Positions 29,052 to 39,637 are shown, numbered from the stretch's first letter. The stretch: 64,000 bases of DNA from Candidatus Saganbacteria bacterium (GCA_016223205.1 JACRPM010000001.1:61072-125071), one strand, 5' to 3'. Notes: generated by a model not told the origin, from the sequence alone. Program-made: numbers and translations.

Positions 29052-29958
29052 GGTGAAATTGGGTATCAATACCGGGTTTGCGCTTAACCGCTTTCCGGAG
29101 CCGGCAGATTGGGCCAGGGTAGTTGGCCGGGAGCTGGGCCTTAAATACGTGCAATTGACCGCTGATCTTATTAATCCTTCCCTGCCGGATAGAATAATCG
29201 CCAGCCAGACAAAAAAGGTCCGCCAGGAATGCAGAAAGTACGGCGTCGTGGTCGCTCATACCTTTACCGGCGCTTTTACCCGGGTCAATCACCTGGCCCA
29301 TCCTGATGAGGAAATAGCGAAGTACTGGCTGGGCTGGTTCAAGAAGTTCGTCGATATTTCCTCGGCCCTGGAAGTGGAAAGCCTGGGGAGCCATTTCGGG
29401 ATCTTCAGCGTGCCAACGATAAAGAACAGTGCCAAGCGCCGTGAAGTTTTTGCCCGTTGCGTGGACCGCTGGCAGTCGATCGCGGCTTACGCCAAAAAAA
29501 GCGGCTTACGGTATCTGACCTGGGAACCGATGTCCATCGCCAGAGAGATGGGTGAAACTATCGGGGAAACAAGACGGATCCAACAGGCCGTGAACGATGG
29601 TTCGGCCCTGCCGATCAGACTCTGTCTGGACGTCGACCATGGGGACGTCGCCTCGCGCGATCCCCGGGACACCGATCCCTATGCCTGGATCGCCGAATTC
29701 GGCCGGGATGCGCCTTTGATCCATATCAAACAAAGCTTGATCGATAAAGGAGGCCACTGGTCGTTCTTGCCGGACAAGAATAAGGCGGGCAAGATCAAGC
29801 CGCAGAAATTGATCGGTGCCATCAATGATTCGGGGGCGCGCGACGTTCTGCTTTTGCTGGAATTGAGTTTCCGGGAACGAGAACCTTATGAAAGCCGGAT
29901 GTTGCAGGACCTACGGACGTCGGTCGACTACTGGCGGCCCTTTGTCGGTGTGAAATAA
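29044..29958 (+). CDS. Sugar-phosphate isomerase/epimerase (xylose-isomerase-like TIM barrel)
   Basis: WEPM, CLDVDH, IHIKQ and LELS metal-ligand pattern. Confidence 0.75.
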   Translation: MARVKLGINTGFALNRFPEPADWARVVGRELGLKYVQLTADLINPSLPDRIIASQTKKVRQECRKYGVVVAHTFTGAFTRVNHLAHPDEEIAKYWLGWFKKFVDISSALEVESLGSHFGIFSVPTIKNSAKRREVFARCVDRWQSIAAYAKKSGLRYLTWEPMSIAREMGETIGETRRIQQAVNDGSALPIRLCLDVDHGDVASRDPRDTDPYAWIAEFGRDAPLIHIKQSLIDKGGHWSFLPDKNKAGKIKPQKLIGAINDSGARDVLLLLELSFREREPYESRMLQDLRTSVDYWRPFVGVK

Positions 29959-29959
29959 C

Positions 29960-30532
29960 ATGATCATCGTACGCCACAGGATAAATACTATTGCCGAACT
30001 CCAGGCGATCGGGCCGGAATTCGGGGTGGAGATCGACATCAGGAATGCCGGCCGGAAGCTGATCCTGCACCATGAGCCATGGGGAGAAGGCGAAGAACTG
30101 GATGAATTCCTGTCCCATTATCGTCATAAGCTGCTGATCCTGAACGTGAAAACGGAGGGGGTCGAGGACCGGGTGCTGGAGTTGGTCAAAAAGCACCGCA
30201 TTAAGGAATGCTTTTTTCTGGATGTCACCTTTCCTTTTATCGTTAAGATGGCCGGGAAGGGTTTCTTTAAGATCGCGGTCCGCTTCTCGGAGTACGAATC
30301 GGTGGAGACCTGCCTCGCAATGAAAGGGAAATGCGACTGGGTCTGGGTCGATTGCTTTTCCCAAATGCCCCTGACGCCGGATATTTACGCCCGCCTCAAG
30401 GAACATTTTAAGATCTGCCTGGTCTCGCCGGACCTGCTGGGCCGGGGTGAGGAGATCAAATCTTACCGGAATATGCTCGGCCAGATGCCGCCCGACGCCG
30501 TCTGCGCGGACGACTGGGAGGCCTGGCAATGA
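29960..30532 (+). CDS. PLC/GDPD-like phosphodiesterase
   Basis: IVRHRIN, GVEIDIR, LHHEP, LNVKTEG and WVWVDCF. Confidence 0.7.
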   Translation: MIIVRHRINTIAELQAIGPEFGVEIDIRNAGRKLILHHEPWGEGEELDEFLSHYRHKLLILNVKTEGVEDRVLELVKKHRIKECFFLDVTFPFIVKMAGKGFFKIAVRFSEYESVETCLAMKGKCDWVWVDCFSQMPLTPDIYARLKEHFKICLVSPDLLGRGEEIKSYRNMLGQMPPDAVCADDWEAWQ

Positions 30533-31317
30533 AGATCATTATCCCCATGGCGGGCCACTCCCGGCGGTTCAAGGCGGCCGGCTATGACGATCCCAAGCCG
30601 TTCATCATGATCGACGGAAAGATGATGATCGAATACGTCTGCCAGATGTTCTCGCCCAATGATGAATTTATCTTCGTCTGCAACGAAGAGCAATTGAAGA
30701 ACGAACGGCATTACGCTAAGTTAAAGACGATAGCGCCGCATGGCCGCGTCATCGGGATCCCCGCGCACGAACAGGGGCCGGTCTATTCCGCCCTGGCCGC
30801 GGACGCTTATGTCAAGGCTGACGAAGAGGTCATTATTTCCTACTGCGACTTCTTCGTACTCTGGAATTACAAGGCCTTCCTGATGAAAGCGCAGAACTAT
30901 GACGGCGGGATCCCGGTCTTTCGCGGTTTTCATCCCGCCTCCTACGGCGATACGAATTATTGCTACCTCCGGGGCAATGAACGCGGCGAGTTGCTGGAGT
31001 TGTGGGAGAAACGATCGTTTTCCGATAACCGCGTCCAGGAACACGCATCGGCCGGGATCTATTATTTTGACCGCTGGTCGACCTATAAACATTACGCGAA
31101 CCTGATCATCAAGGGCGAGGAAAAGGTTGCCGGCGAATATTACGTCAGCCTGGTGTTCAATCCCATGGTCCGGGACGGGAAAAAGGTCTGCTTGCATGAG
31201 GTCGACAAGTTTATCTGCTGGGGAACGCCGGAAGACCTGGAGCAATATCTGTTTTGGTCGGGATATTTCAAGGACCACGCGAACCGGATCATGAAATATG
31301 AGGTCAATAATGCTTAA
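30529..31317 (+). CDS. Nucleotidyltransferase (NTP_transferase, IIPMAG type) 1
   Basis: IIIPMAGHSRRF..PKPFI, ISYCD and GEYYVS. Confidence 0.8.
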   Translation: MKIIIPMAGHSRRFKAAGYDDPKPFIMIDGKMMIEYVCQMFSPNDEFIFVCNEEQLKNERHYAKLKTIAPHGRVIGIPAHEQGPVYSALAADAYVKADEEVIISYCDFFVLWNYKAFLMKAQNYDGGIPVFRGFHPASYGDTNYCYLRGNERGELLELWEKRSFSDNRVQEHASAGIYYFDRWSTYKHYANLIIKGEEKVAGEYYVSLVFNPMVRDGKKVCLHEVDKFICWGTPEDLEQYLFWSGYFKDHANRIMKYEVNNA

Positions 31318-32128
31318 TTTGATCCCGATGGCGGGCGGCGGAAGACGCTTTCAGGAAGAGGGGTGCCGGGTCCCTAAGCCGATGGTCCCGGTGCTGGGCC
31401 AGCCGATGGTCCTAGCCGCCAGCAAATCGTTCCCGCGGGCCGATCGCTGGGTCTTTATCTGCAATAATGATCACCTGAAGCGTTACCCGCTAAAACAGGT
31501 GCTGCTCGAGCATTTTTCCGCCCCGGATATGGAAGTCAGCATTATTACGGTCGATCAGATCACACAGGGGCAGGCTTGTACCTGCCTCCTGGCTGAAGAC
31601 CGGATGCGTGCTGATGAATCGCTCTTTATTTCGTCCTGCGACTATCAGGTCGTTTACGATCACGCCGCCTACCAGCGGCTGCTTGATGATCCGACCGTAG
31701 ATGTCATTATCTGGACCTTTAAGAACCCGCTGGCGGTAAAAAAGAACCCTCTGGCCTACGCCTATTGCCGGGTCAAGGATGGCCGGGTAATCGAGGTCGT
31801 GGAAAAATCGACGGTTTCCGACCAGCCGGAAAAAGATCCGGCGGTGGTCGGATCATTTTTTTTCCGGCGTTCGGAGGACTTTCTGGCCGGGGCAAAAAGA
31901 ATGATCGAACGGGGCATCAGAGTGAACCGTGAATTTTATGTCGGGACAAGCATCAATCAGCTGGTCGAAGCAGGGAATAAAGTCGTGGTTTTTGAAGTCG
32001 ATCGGTTTATCTCATTCGGGACCCCTTTCGAATTAAAGCTTTTTCAATACTGGGAGGAATATTTCGATCGTTTGGAGGATTTTGATTATTCGGCCCAATA
32101 TTCGAAATACGGGAAAGAAAAATGGTAA
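31310..32128 (+). CDS. Nucleotidyltransferase (NTP_transferase) 2
   Basis: LIPMAGGGRRF..PKPMV, GQACT, SSCD and EFYVG; start 31310. Confidence 0.8.
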   Translation: MLNLIPMAGGGRRFQEEGCRVPKPMVPVLGQPMVLAASKSFPRADRWVFICNNDHLKRYPLKQVLLEHFSAPDMEVSIITVDQITQGQACTCLLAEDRMRADESLFISSCDYQVVYDHAAYQRLLDDPTVDVIIWTFKNPLAVKKNPLAYAYCRVKDGRVIEVVEKSTVSDQPEKDPAVVGSFFFRRSEDFLAGAKRMIERGIRVNREFYVGTSINQLVEAGNKVVVFEVDRFISFGTPFELKLFQYWEEYFDRLEDFDYSAQYSKYGKEKW

Positions 32129-32859
32129 CGACCGAACTGTCTATTGTGCTCCCCTGTTACAACGAAAGCCGGAACCTGCCGATGGTCCTGGATCGTTTGA
32201 GGGCTTTCGCCGGCCGCTACGATTTTGAATTGATCCTGGTCGATAACGGTTCGACCGATGAGACCGCTGCCGTACTACGGGCGCTTTTAGCCAAGTCAGA
32301 GAACCGTTTTGCCCGGAGCGTCAGGATCGAGAGCAATATCGGCTATGGCGATGGGATCATGACTGGGCTTCGAGCGGCGCACGGGCAGGTCCTGGCCTAT
32401 TCGCACGCCGACATCCAGACTCCGCCCGAAGACATATTCAAGGCCTTTCAGATGATCAAGGATAATAATTTGGATATCGACCGGGTTTTGATCAAGGGTT
32501 TGCGGGTCAACCGGCAAAATGACCAGCAGTTTTTGACCAAAGCCCTGGGCAAGATCGCTTCGCTGCTTTTGGGGTATGAGATGGAAGATATCAACGGCCA
32601 GCCCAAATTGTTTTCTCGGGGTTTTCTGGCCGGGCTGAAAGGGGCGCCGACCGACTTTTCCTTTGATGTCTTCGTGATGTATAAAGCGAGGCGGCAGGGG
32701 TTGGCGATCAAGACCTTTCCGGTCGATTTTGGGGCCAGGCTTCATGGGGAATCAAAATGGGCGACGTCTTTAGTCTCGAAATACAGAACGATCTTCGGTT
32801 ATCTGAAAAACATCGTCCGGTTGTCATTAAAGAACATTATGGGCCATAACTATGAATAG
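32122..32859 (+). CDS. GT2, polyprenyl-phosphate sugar synthase (DPM1-like)
   Basis: SIVLPCYNE, VDNGSTDET, NIGYGDGI, HADIQ and RLHGESKW. Confidence 0.8.
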   Translation: MVTTELSIVLPCYNESRNLPMVLDRLRAFAGRYDFELILVDNGSTDETAAVLRALLAKSENRFARSVRIESNIGYGDGIMTGLRAAHGQVLAYSHADIQTPPEDIFKAFQMIKDNNLDIDRVLIKGLRVNRQNDQQFLTKALGKIASLLLGYEMEDINGQPKLFSRGFLAGLKGAPTDFSFDVFVMYKARRQGLAIKTFPVDFGARLHGESKWATSLVSKYRTIFGYLKNIVRLSLKNIMGHNYE

Positions 32860-34756
32860 AGATCATACGGCGCTTATTTTTAACTGGATCAGGGAGAATA
32901 TCTTTTTTGTCGTTTTGCTGGCGGTTGCCGGGTTGTTGCTTGGACTGAAGGATATTTTGACCTTGCTTTTTTCCAGCTGGCCGCATCTGTACCCGGTGTC
33001 GAATACCGATTGCCAAACCTGGGAATCGATTTATCTTTATACACCCTGGGCGAGGCAGGTCTCCCTGATGAATCTGTTCCCTGCGGACCCGTTTTTTGCC
33101 TTGCGCCAAAGCGTCTTCACTTCATTCCCTTTTTTGACTATTTGGGGGATGGGGTTGATCCTGAAGACTGTCTGTTTCGGCAATTTGGACGCTTATATCT
33201 TGGTCATGCGCGCCTGCCTCCCGTTGTTTTCGATGCTTTTTATTTATTTGATCGTTCGCCGTTGGCTGGACCAGTATTTTAGCGCCATTTTGGCTTTTTT
33301 ATGCATTGTCGGTGCGCCTTATCCATTTATAATATTTGGCAGGTTGCCGGGCTTTGGCTGGGCAACCATAAGCAATATGTCAAAGTTTATTGGCCAGGTG
33401 AGTATTCCGCTGGAAATGACCAAAATGCCGTATCCCAGCTTAAGCTTTGTCTTTTTTGCCGCAACCTTGCTGATAACCGTCAGGCTGATTTCACGTCCCT
33501 TGAAAAACAGATCGATTATTCTTGTCGGTTTACTTTGGGGGATGAACATATATATTTATCTTTTCAATTTTGTTTACGGCGTTGTTTTTGCTTTCCTGCT
33601 CATTAATGGCGTTGTGATCAAGGATAATTACAAAGAGCGATTGAAAGAATTGGTATCAAAAATTATTATTGCGAATGTTTGTTTTTTTGCGCCGCTGTTT
33701 GCGGTTTTACTGCCTTTTGCGATCAGACAGTTTATTTTTGTTGATGCGATCGGCCAGGAATTAGTGACAAAGATCGGGTGGCTTGGCCGGAGCCGGGGAA
33801 TATTGTTCAATGTGGGTGAACTAAAAAGGATAGTCCTTACCTATTTGGCCGCCCTGGGAATCGCCTGGGTGTATAAAATAAACTTGCGCGATCTGGCGGC
33901 AAAATGCGCGGTCCCGGTCTTATTGTTGATCAGTTACCTGTTAACGGTTAACCTGCATATATTGCTCGGTAAGTTTGTACAATCCGATCACTTTGATATT
34001 CGAATATACATGTTCCTGAAGCCGTTAAATCTGATCCCGTTGTTGCTGGTTGCTTATGCTTTGCCGGACAAGAGCAAAAAAGCGTTTATTTTATTGTTGC
34101 GGGCGGTCTTCTTTATCGGCTTAGCCGGTATTATTTTGATGTTGTTTTTGCAAAACATTGGATTATATCAGGCGCAGGTCAGGGAAACCGCCCCGGTGAT
34201 GAAACAAATAGAGGATCTATATTTACCCTTGAGTCATTATGCAAGGCCCGGCGAAACGGTCGCGTCCAGTAAGATCGCGGTCAATTTTATAGTGCCGCTG
34301 GCAGGAAAGAACGCGACGCTTTTTGTCCCAAGTTTTGTCGCCCGGCGGAGTTCAAATGATCTAATAAATAAATTTGCCCTCTATGCTAAAATATTCAACT
34401 GGGACCGGGACGAATTCCTGGAATTTATCTCTTCACCCCCGGAGGAGTATGGCGCGGCGGTGGCCCGTTTCCCCGATCAGCAGTGGATCTATGACGATGC
34501 TTTATTCCATCACATCGGTTATTGGTTCGTTTTTCATGGCGATCAGAGTTATCTATATCAGAAAGAGAAGAAAGCGGCATACCGTAAATATCTGGTTAAG
34601 GTGTTTGACCGGTTGGATGTCGCGGGACAGTCCAAGGAAAATGGAGTTGCTGTCGTCCAATCCGATCGGGGGATAAATAGGGCTTTAAGGCCTTATGTCA
34701 GTAATGTCGTTGACTGCGGGCACAATTATAAAATATACAGGATAAACTACCAATGA
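32852..34756 (+). CDS. Polytopic membrane protein, putative GT-C glycosyltransferase (paralog B)
   Basis: WPHLY..WESIY..VSLMNLFPA..FPFLTIW, aligning with paralog A. Confidence 0.6.
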   Translation: MNRDHTALIFNWIRENIFFVVLLAVAGLLLGLKDILTLLFSSWPHLYPVSNTDCQTWESIYLYTPWARQVSLMNLFPADPFFALRQSVFTSFPFLTIWGMGLILKTVCFGNLDAYILVMRACLPLFSMLFIYLIVRRWLDQYFSAILAFLCIVGAPYPFIIFGRLPGFGWATISNMSKFIGQVSIPLEMTKMPYPSLSFVFFAATLLITVRLISRPLKNRSIILVGLLWGMNIYIYLFNFVYGVVFAFLLINGVVIKDNYKERLKELVSKIIIANVCFFAPLFAVLLPFAIRQFIFVDAIGQELVTKIGWLGRSRGILFNVGELKRIVLTYLAALGIAWVYKINLRDLAAKCAVPVLLLISYLLTVNLHILLGKFVQSDHFDIRIYMFLKPLNLIPLLLVAYALPDKSKKAFILLLRAVFFIGLAGIILMLFLQNIGLYQAQVRETAPVMKQIEDLYLPLSHYARPGETVASSKIAVNFIVPLAGKNATLFVPSFVARRSSNDLINKFALYAKIFNWDRDEFLEFISSPPEEYGAAVARFPDQQWIYDDALFHHIGYWFVFHGDQSYLYQKEKKAAYRKYLVKVFDRLDVAGQSKENGVAVVQSDRGINRALRPYVSNVVDCGHNYKIYRINYQ

Positions 34757-35784
34757 AAGCTATTGTTTTAAAGAAAAATGGGCTCCTGGCGCTGGAGAAT
34801 GCGGCCGATCCCAGACCGGGAAACAATGAGTGCTTGGTCAAGATCAGAGCGTCGGGCATTTGCTCTTCTGACATAAATCGCGCTTTTTATGGCGGTGCGT
34901 ATAAGACCCCTTTGATAATGGGACACGAGATCGCGGGAGAGGTAAGCGTGGCGGCGGTGGAGGGGAAAATGTTCGGCCGGGGCGACCGAGTGGCGGTTTA
35001 TCCGCTTTTGCCCTGCCATCATTGCGATTATTGCCGGACCGGCGATTATCAGCTATGCGTGAAGTATGATTATTTTGGGTCCAGAAGGGACGGTGGTTTT
35101 GCCGAATTCCTGGCGGTCCCGGAGAAAAACCTGGTCCCGATCCCCGACGGGGTCAGTTACGACGTGGCCGCTCTGGTCGAGCCGGCAGCCGTTGCCCTGC
35201 ATGGAGTTAGACAATTGAATATTAAGGATAATGCCGACGCGATCGTGTTGGGGGCTGGCCCGATCGGCAATCTGGCCGGGCAGTGGCTCAAGCTAGGCGG
35301 CTGCCGGAAAGTTTATATTGTTGACCGGCATGATGATAAATTGAAGGTCGCGGAACAAAACGGCTTGCTCCCCGTTAAAATAAAGCCGGGCGATATGCCT
35401 GATTTCCTGGTGAAGATCAGCGGGGGCGGGTTCCTTTACGTGGTCGAGGCGACCGGCGCCCCGGCGCTTATTGAGCTGGCGATAAAGATCGTCAGGCGTA
35501 AAGGCGAATTGCTGCTGCTGGGTAATATCAGCGGCGAATTGAAATTATCGCAAAGCCTGGTTTCTTCGGTCCTGCGCCGTGAGATCGGCATCCGCGGCAC
35601 CTGGAATTCCCGGATCGATGAGTGGCCGGAGGCGCTTAACGCCTTCAAGGATAAGCTCCAGGTGAAAAATCTGATCGGCAAGAAGGCCCCTTTGTCGGAT
35701 GGGGTGAAAGTATTATCTCTATTAAAAGATAGTAAAGCCGGCTTAAGCGGCGAATCATATTTAAAGGTGATGCTGGAAACATGA
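34753..35784 (+). CDS. Zn-dependent polyol(-phosphate) dehydrogenase (MDR)
   Basis: ICSSD, GHEIAG, CHHCDYC..C and LGAGPIG. Confidence 0.87.
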   Translation: MKAIVLKKNGLLALENAADPRPGNNECLVKIRASGICSSDINRAFYGGAYKTPLIMGHEIAGEVSVAAVEGKMFGRGDRVAVYPLLPCHHCDYCRTGDYQLCVKYDYFGSRRDGGFAEFLAVPEKNLVPIPDGVSYDVAALVEPAAVALHGVRQLNIKDNADAIVLGAGPIGNLAGQWLKLGGCRKVYIVDRHDDKLKVAEQNGLLPVKIKPGDMPDFLVKISGGGFLYVVEATGAPALIELAIKIVRRKGELLLLGNISGELKLSQSLVSSVLRREIGIRGTWNSRIDEWPEALNAFKDKLQVKNLIGKKAPLSDGVKVLSLLKDSKAGLSGESYLKVMLET

Positions 35785-36896
35785 AAAATATCCCTTACGC
35801 CGCCCAATCAATAGAAGATGATGATGTTGCCGCCGTGGCGCAAGCGTTGAAAGCGCCGTATTTGACCCAGGGACCGCTGGTCGGGCGCTTTGAGCAGGCT
35901 GTCGCCGCGTATTGCGACGCTAAATATGCGGTGGCCTTAAACTCCGGGACCTCCGCGCTGCATGCGGCTTGTTTTGCGGCGGGGATAAATAACGGCGCTG
36001 AAGCGATTACTTCGCCGATCACTTTTGTCGCGACCGCCAACGCGGTGCTTTACTGCGGCGGCCGGCCGGTCTTTGCCGATGTGCAGGCCGGAACGATAAA
36101 TATTGACCCCGCGCAAATAGCGGCCCGTATCAAGAAAAAGACCAGGGCCATCCTCCCGGTCCATTTTGCCGGCCAGCCGTGCGAAATGGAAAAGATCTCC
36201 CGCTTGGCAAAAAAACACCGATTGACGGTTATTGAAGACGCTTGCCACGCGCTGGGGGCTGAATATAATGGAAAAAAGGTTGGATCGTGCCGGTATTCCG
36301 ATATGACGGTCGTGAGTTTCCATGCTGTGAAGCATATCACCACCGGCGAGGGCGGCATGGTGCTGACCAATCGCCTGGACCTCTATAAGAAAATGCTTAT
36401 GTTCCGTACGCATGGGATCACCCGCGAGACCTCCGCTGAGGGGGCTTGGTACTATGAAATGCGGTTTCTGGGCTATAACTACCGGATCACCGATTTCCAG
36501 TGCGCGCTGGGGAACAGCCAGTTGAAAAAGCTCGATCGGTTCGTCGCCCGCAGGAGAGAGATCGCGGCCAGGTACCATGCCGCTTTCGGGAAAATGGCCG
36601 GGGTAACCACTCTTGATGAAAAGCCCGGCTGTAGATCGGCCTGGCATATCTATCCGATCATGGTTAAGGCTGACCGCCGGAAAGTGTTCGATAAATTACG
36701 CCGATCAGGGATCGGGGTCAATGTCCATTATTTGCCGGTATATTTGCAGCCGTATTATCAAGAAATGGGATATAAAAAGGGACAATGCCCGCAGGCGGAA
36801 AGATATTATGAGAAAGCGATCACTTTGCCTTTGTACCCCAAAATGACCGATCGGGATATTGAGGCGGTCATAAAAGCGGTCGGAGACGCGCTATGA
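35781..36896 (+). CDS. pseC: UDP-4-keto-6-deoxy-HexNAc aminotransferase, PseC type
   Basis: IPYAAQSI, LTQGP, NSGTSALH, EDACHALG, SFHAVKHITTGEGG and GYNYRITD. Confidence 0.85.
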   Translation: MKNIPYAAQSIEDDDVAAVAQALKAPYLTQGPLVGRFEQAVAAYCDAKYAVALNSGTSALHAACFAAGINNGAEAITSPITFVATANAVLYCGGRPVFADVQAGTINIDPAQIAARIKKKTRAILPVHFAGQPCEMEKISRLAKKHRLTVIEDACHALGAEYNGKKVGSCRYSDMTVVSFHAVKHITTGEGGMVLTNRLDLYKKMLMFRTHGITRETSAEGAWYYEMRFLGYNYRITDFQCALGNSQLKKLDRFVARRREIAARYHAAFGKMAGVTTLDEKPGCRSAWHIYPIMVKADRRKVFDKLRRSGIGVNVHYLPVYLQPYYQEMGYKKGQCPQAERYYEKAITLPLYPKMTDRDIEAVIKAVGDAL

Positions 36897-37768
36897 ACAA
36901 GCTCGCGCTGGGTACGGCCCAATTCGGAATGGACTACGGAATAAATAATCGCCGGGGGAAGGTCTCCCAGCGGGAAGCGTTTGAGATCCTTGATCTGGCC
37001 CTGGCAAACGGCATTGATACGCTCGACACCGCTGCCGGTTATGGCGAGAGCGAAAACGTTCTGGGTCAATACCTGAAGCAGAGCCAAAATAGCTTTAAAG
37101 TGATTTCCAAGTTGCCGGACGGGGCGGCTTCCGACCTTGCAGGAACGGTTAACGCTTCGCTGGAAAAACTTAATATCACTTCTTTTTACGGTTATCTTTT
37201 TCATAATTTTAAGACCTATCAGGAAGATCCCGGATCGCTCGATTCGCTCAAAGCATTAAAGAAGGAAGGGAAGATCGGTAAGATCGGTTTTTCTCTTTAT
37301 CATCCCGGTGATCTTGACCTTATCCTGGAAAACGGCCTGGCCTGCGACCTGGTCCAGGTCCCTTACAGCGTGCTTGACCAGAGGTTCGCGCCGTATTTCC
37401 AGCGTTTAAATGACCGCAAAATCGAGGTCCACGTCCGCTCGGTCTTCCTGCAGGGCTTGCTTTTTAAGCCGGCCAGCGAACTTAACGGTTATTTCTCTTC
37501 GGTTAAGGAGAAAATTGCCGCGCTGCGGCGGCTGGCAGAGGGGGCCCGGATCCCGCTGGCTTCAATGCTGCTCGATTTTGCTCTGGCTAACCGTTCGATC
37601 GACCGGGTGGTGGTCGGGGTCGACAGCCTGGATAATTTAAAAGAGCTGGTGGCTGCCGCTCAATATCTCGACAGCTTTGCGGCAATAAAGGACCGCTTGG
37701 CCGAGTTGAAAGAAACTGACGAGCGGATCATTCTCCCGTTCAACTGGACAGCGGGGGTGAGCGGATAA
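36893..37768 (+). CDS. Aldo/keto reductase
   Basis: KLALGTAQFG, LDTAAGYG.SE, IGFSLY and RSVFLQGLL. Confidence 0.85.
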   Translation: MNKLALGTAQFGMDYGINNRRGKVSQREAFEILDLALANGIDTLDTAAGYGESENVLGQYLKQSQNSFKVISKLPDGAASDLAGTVNASLEKLNITSFYGYLFHNFKTYQEDPGSLDSLKALKKEGKIGKIGFSLYHPGDLDLILENGLACDLVQVPYSVLDQRFAPYFQRLNDRKIEVHVRSVFLQGLLFKPASELNGYFSSVKEKIAALRRLAEGARIPLASMLLDFALANRSIDRVVVGVDSLDNLKELVAAAQYLDSFAAIKDRLAELKETDERIILPFNWTAGVSG

Positions 37769-38814
37769 TGAATGTCTTCTTTCGTGTCGATTCATCGCCG
37801 AAGATCGGGCTGGGGCATTTAATGCGCTGTCTGACGCTTGGGGAGGCGCTGGTTGATAAAGGGGTGAAGGTGTCGTTCATTTGCCGCGGGCTTCAGGACG
37901 ACATTCGTGAATTGGTAGAAGGTAAAGGGATAAAGACGCAGGAACTGCCCGACAGATCGACGGCTTCAGCCGCGGCAGATGCCGAAGATACAAAAAGAAT
38001 TATATTACGCGAAACCCCCAGGCCTGATTGGCTGGTGGTGGATAATTATGGCCTGGATAAGAGTTGGGAATCGCCAATGAGGGCAGTCGTGAAAAATATC
38101 ATGGTCATCGATGATCTGGCCGACCGTTCGCATGATTGCGATGTTTTGCTTGACCAGAACTACTTTGAGAATTTAGAAAATCGCTATGACGGATTGATCC
38201 CGGATAATTGCGCCAAATATCTTGGGCCGAAGTATGTGCTGCTCAGAAAAGAGTTTGTAAAAACCGAGAAAAGCGCTCGCGAGCGGGACGATCGAGTGCG
38301 GAGGGTCATGATCTCGTTCGGCGGGGCCGATCCCACGAACGAAACTGCGAAAGCGCTTGGCGCGATCAAGCGATTGGGAAAACCCGATTTCGCGATCGAT
38401 GTGGTAGTCGGCGCTTTAAACCCAAACAGAAAAGAGGTTGAGACGCTTTGTGCGATGATCCCAGAAGCGGTTATTTATTATCAGACAAATAAGATCGCGC
38501 AGATCATGGCGGCGGCGGACATCGCCATCGGAAGTGGTGGGGCGACGACTTGGGAAAGATGTTTTTTGGGATTGCCGACGATCACCCTGGTGTTGGCTGA
38601 AAATCAAGCGAAGGTCGCAGAGGATCTAGATGGTCGGAATATCATAATTAATCTGGGATGGTATAACAAAATAACTGAGGATGATCTGGCGCTGGCCGTA
38701 AAAAACTTGATCGCCGATCCGGGAAAACGGAGGGTGATGAGCCTTGCAGGCAGGCGGCTGGTGGACGGCAAAGGGGTCGAAAGAATTATTTCCGCGATCG
38801 GGGGGAGGCAATAA
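37768..38814 (+). CDS. pseG: UDP-2,4-diacylamido-2,4,6-trideoxy-altropyranose hydrolase
   Basis: FRVDSS..IGLGHLMRC, VDNY, VIDDL, LLDQN, FGGADP and GGATTWER. Confidence 0.88.
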   Translation: MNVFFRVDSSPKIGLGHLMRCLTLGEALVDKGVKVSFICRGLQDDIRELVEGKGIKTQELPDRSTASAAADAEDTKRIILRETPRPDWLVVDNYGLDKSWESPMRAVVKNIMVIDDLADRSHDCDVLLDQNYFENLENRYDGLIPDNCAKYLGPKYVLLRKEFVKTEKSARERDDRVRRVMISFGGADPTNETAKALGAIKRLGKPDFAIDVVVGALNPNRKEVETLCAMIPEAVIYYQTNKIAQIMAAADIAIGSGGATTWERCFLGLPTITLVLAENQAKVAEDLDGRNIIINLGWYNKITEDDLALAVKNLIADPGKRRVMSLAGRRLVDGKGVERIISAIGGRQ

Positions 38815-38815
38815 A

Positions 38816-39637
38816 ATGATCGGGATCATTGTCCAGGCGAGGATGAATTCTTCAAGATTGTACGGCAAGGTCATGAAAGAGGTCCTGGGCCGGCCGCTGC
38901 TCGAATTATTGGTCGAAAGACTAAAACAGTGCCGGCGGGCTGATGAAATCGTGATCGCCACTACTGTCGGAGCGGTGGATGACGAAATAGAGGATTTGGC
39001 GCGGAATTTGTCCGTAAAATTCCTGCGCGGAAGCGAAGACGACGTTCTGGACCGGTATTATCAGGCAGCCAAAAAGTTCAAGCTCGATCATATTGTAAGA
39101 ATAACGGCGGACTGCCCATTGATCGATCCAGAAATTATCGATCTCATGATCCAGTATTATGCCGACGGCGGCTTTAAATATGACTATCTCAGCAATGCTC
39201 TCAAGCCGACTTTCCCCGACGGCATGGATGTGGAGATATTCAGTTTTAAGGTGCTGGAAAAGATCGATCGGCTTTCCCAGGCCAAGTACCTGCGCGAACA
39301 TGTTTGCGGTTATATCATTGAAAACCCCGATCAGTTCAAGATTAAGAATTATGCGAATGACGAAGACCTGTCAAGTTTTCGCTTGACGGTCGATACGCCC
39401 GAAGATCTTGCTTTGGTGAGCATTGTATTTGAAAAATTGTATTACCCGCAAAAAACATTTCACCTGAAGGATGTCCTGGCATTTATTAAAGAAAACCCGG
39501 AACTGATGGCGCTTAACAGCAAATATAATAGGAACGAAGGTTTTTTGCTTTCTTTACAAAAAGAAGGCTATGATGCGGAGAAAGCGGAGCAGATCAAAAA
39601 TCTTATCATCAATAAGGAGAGATTACATGGAATTTAA
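38816..39637 (+). CDS. Cytidylyltransferase family 3 (SpsF/PseF-like)
   Basis: IVQARMNSSRLYGKV, RGSEDDVLDRY, RITADCP, REHV and RLTVDTPED; start 38816. Confidence 0.82.
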   Translation: MIGIIVQARMNSSRLYGKVMKEVLGRPLLELLVERLKQCRRADEIVIATTVGAVDDEIEDLARNLSVKFLRGSEDDVLDRYYQAAKKFKLDHIVRITADCPLIDPEIIDLMIQYYADGGFKYDYLSNALKPTFPDGMDVEIFSFKVLEKIDRLSQAKYLREHVCGYIIENPDQFKIKNYANDEDLSSFRLTVDTPEDLALVSIVFEKLYYPQKTFHLKDVLAFIKENPELMALNSKYNRNEGFLLSLQKEGYDAEKAEQIKNLIINKERLHGI

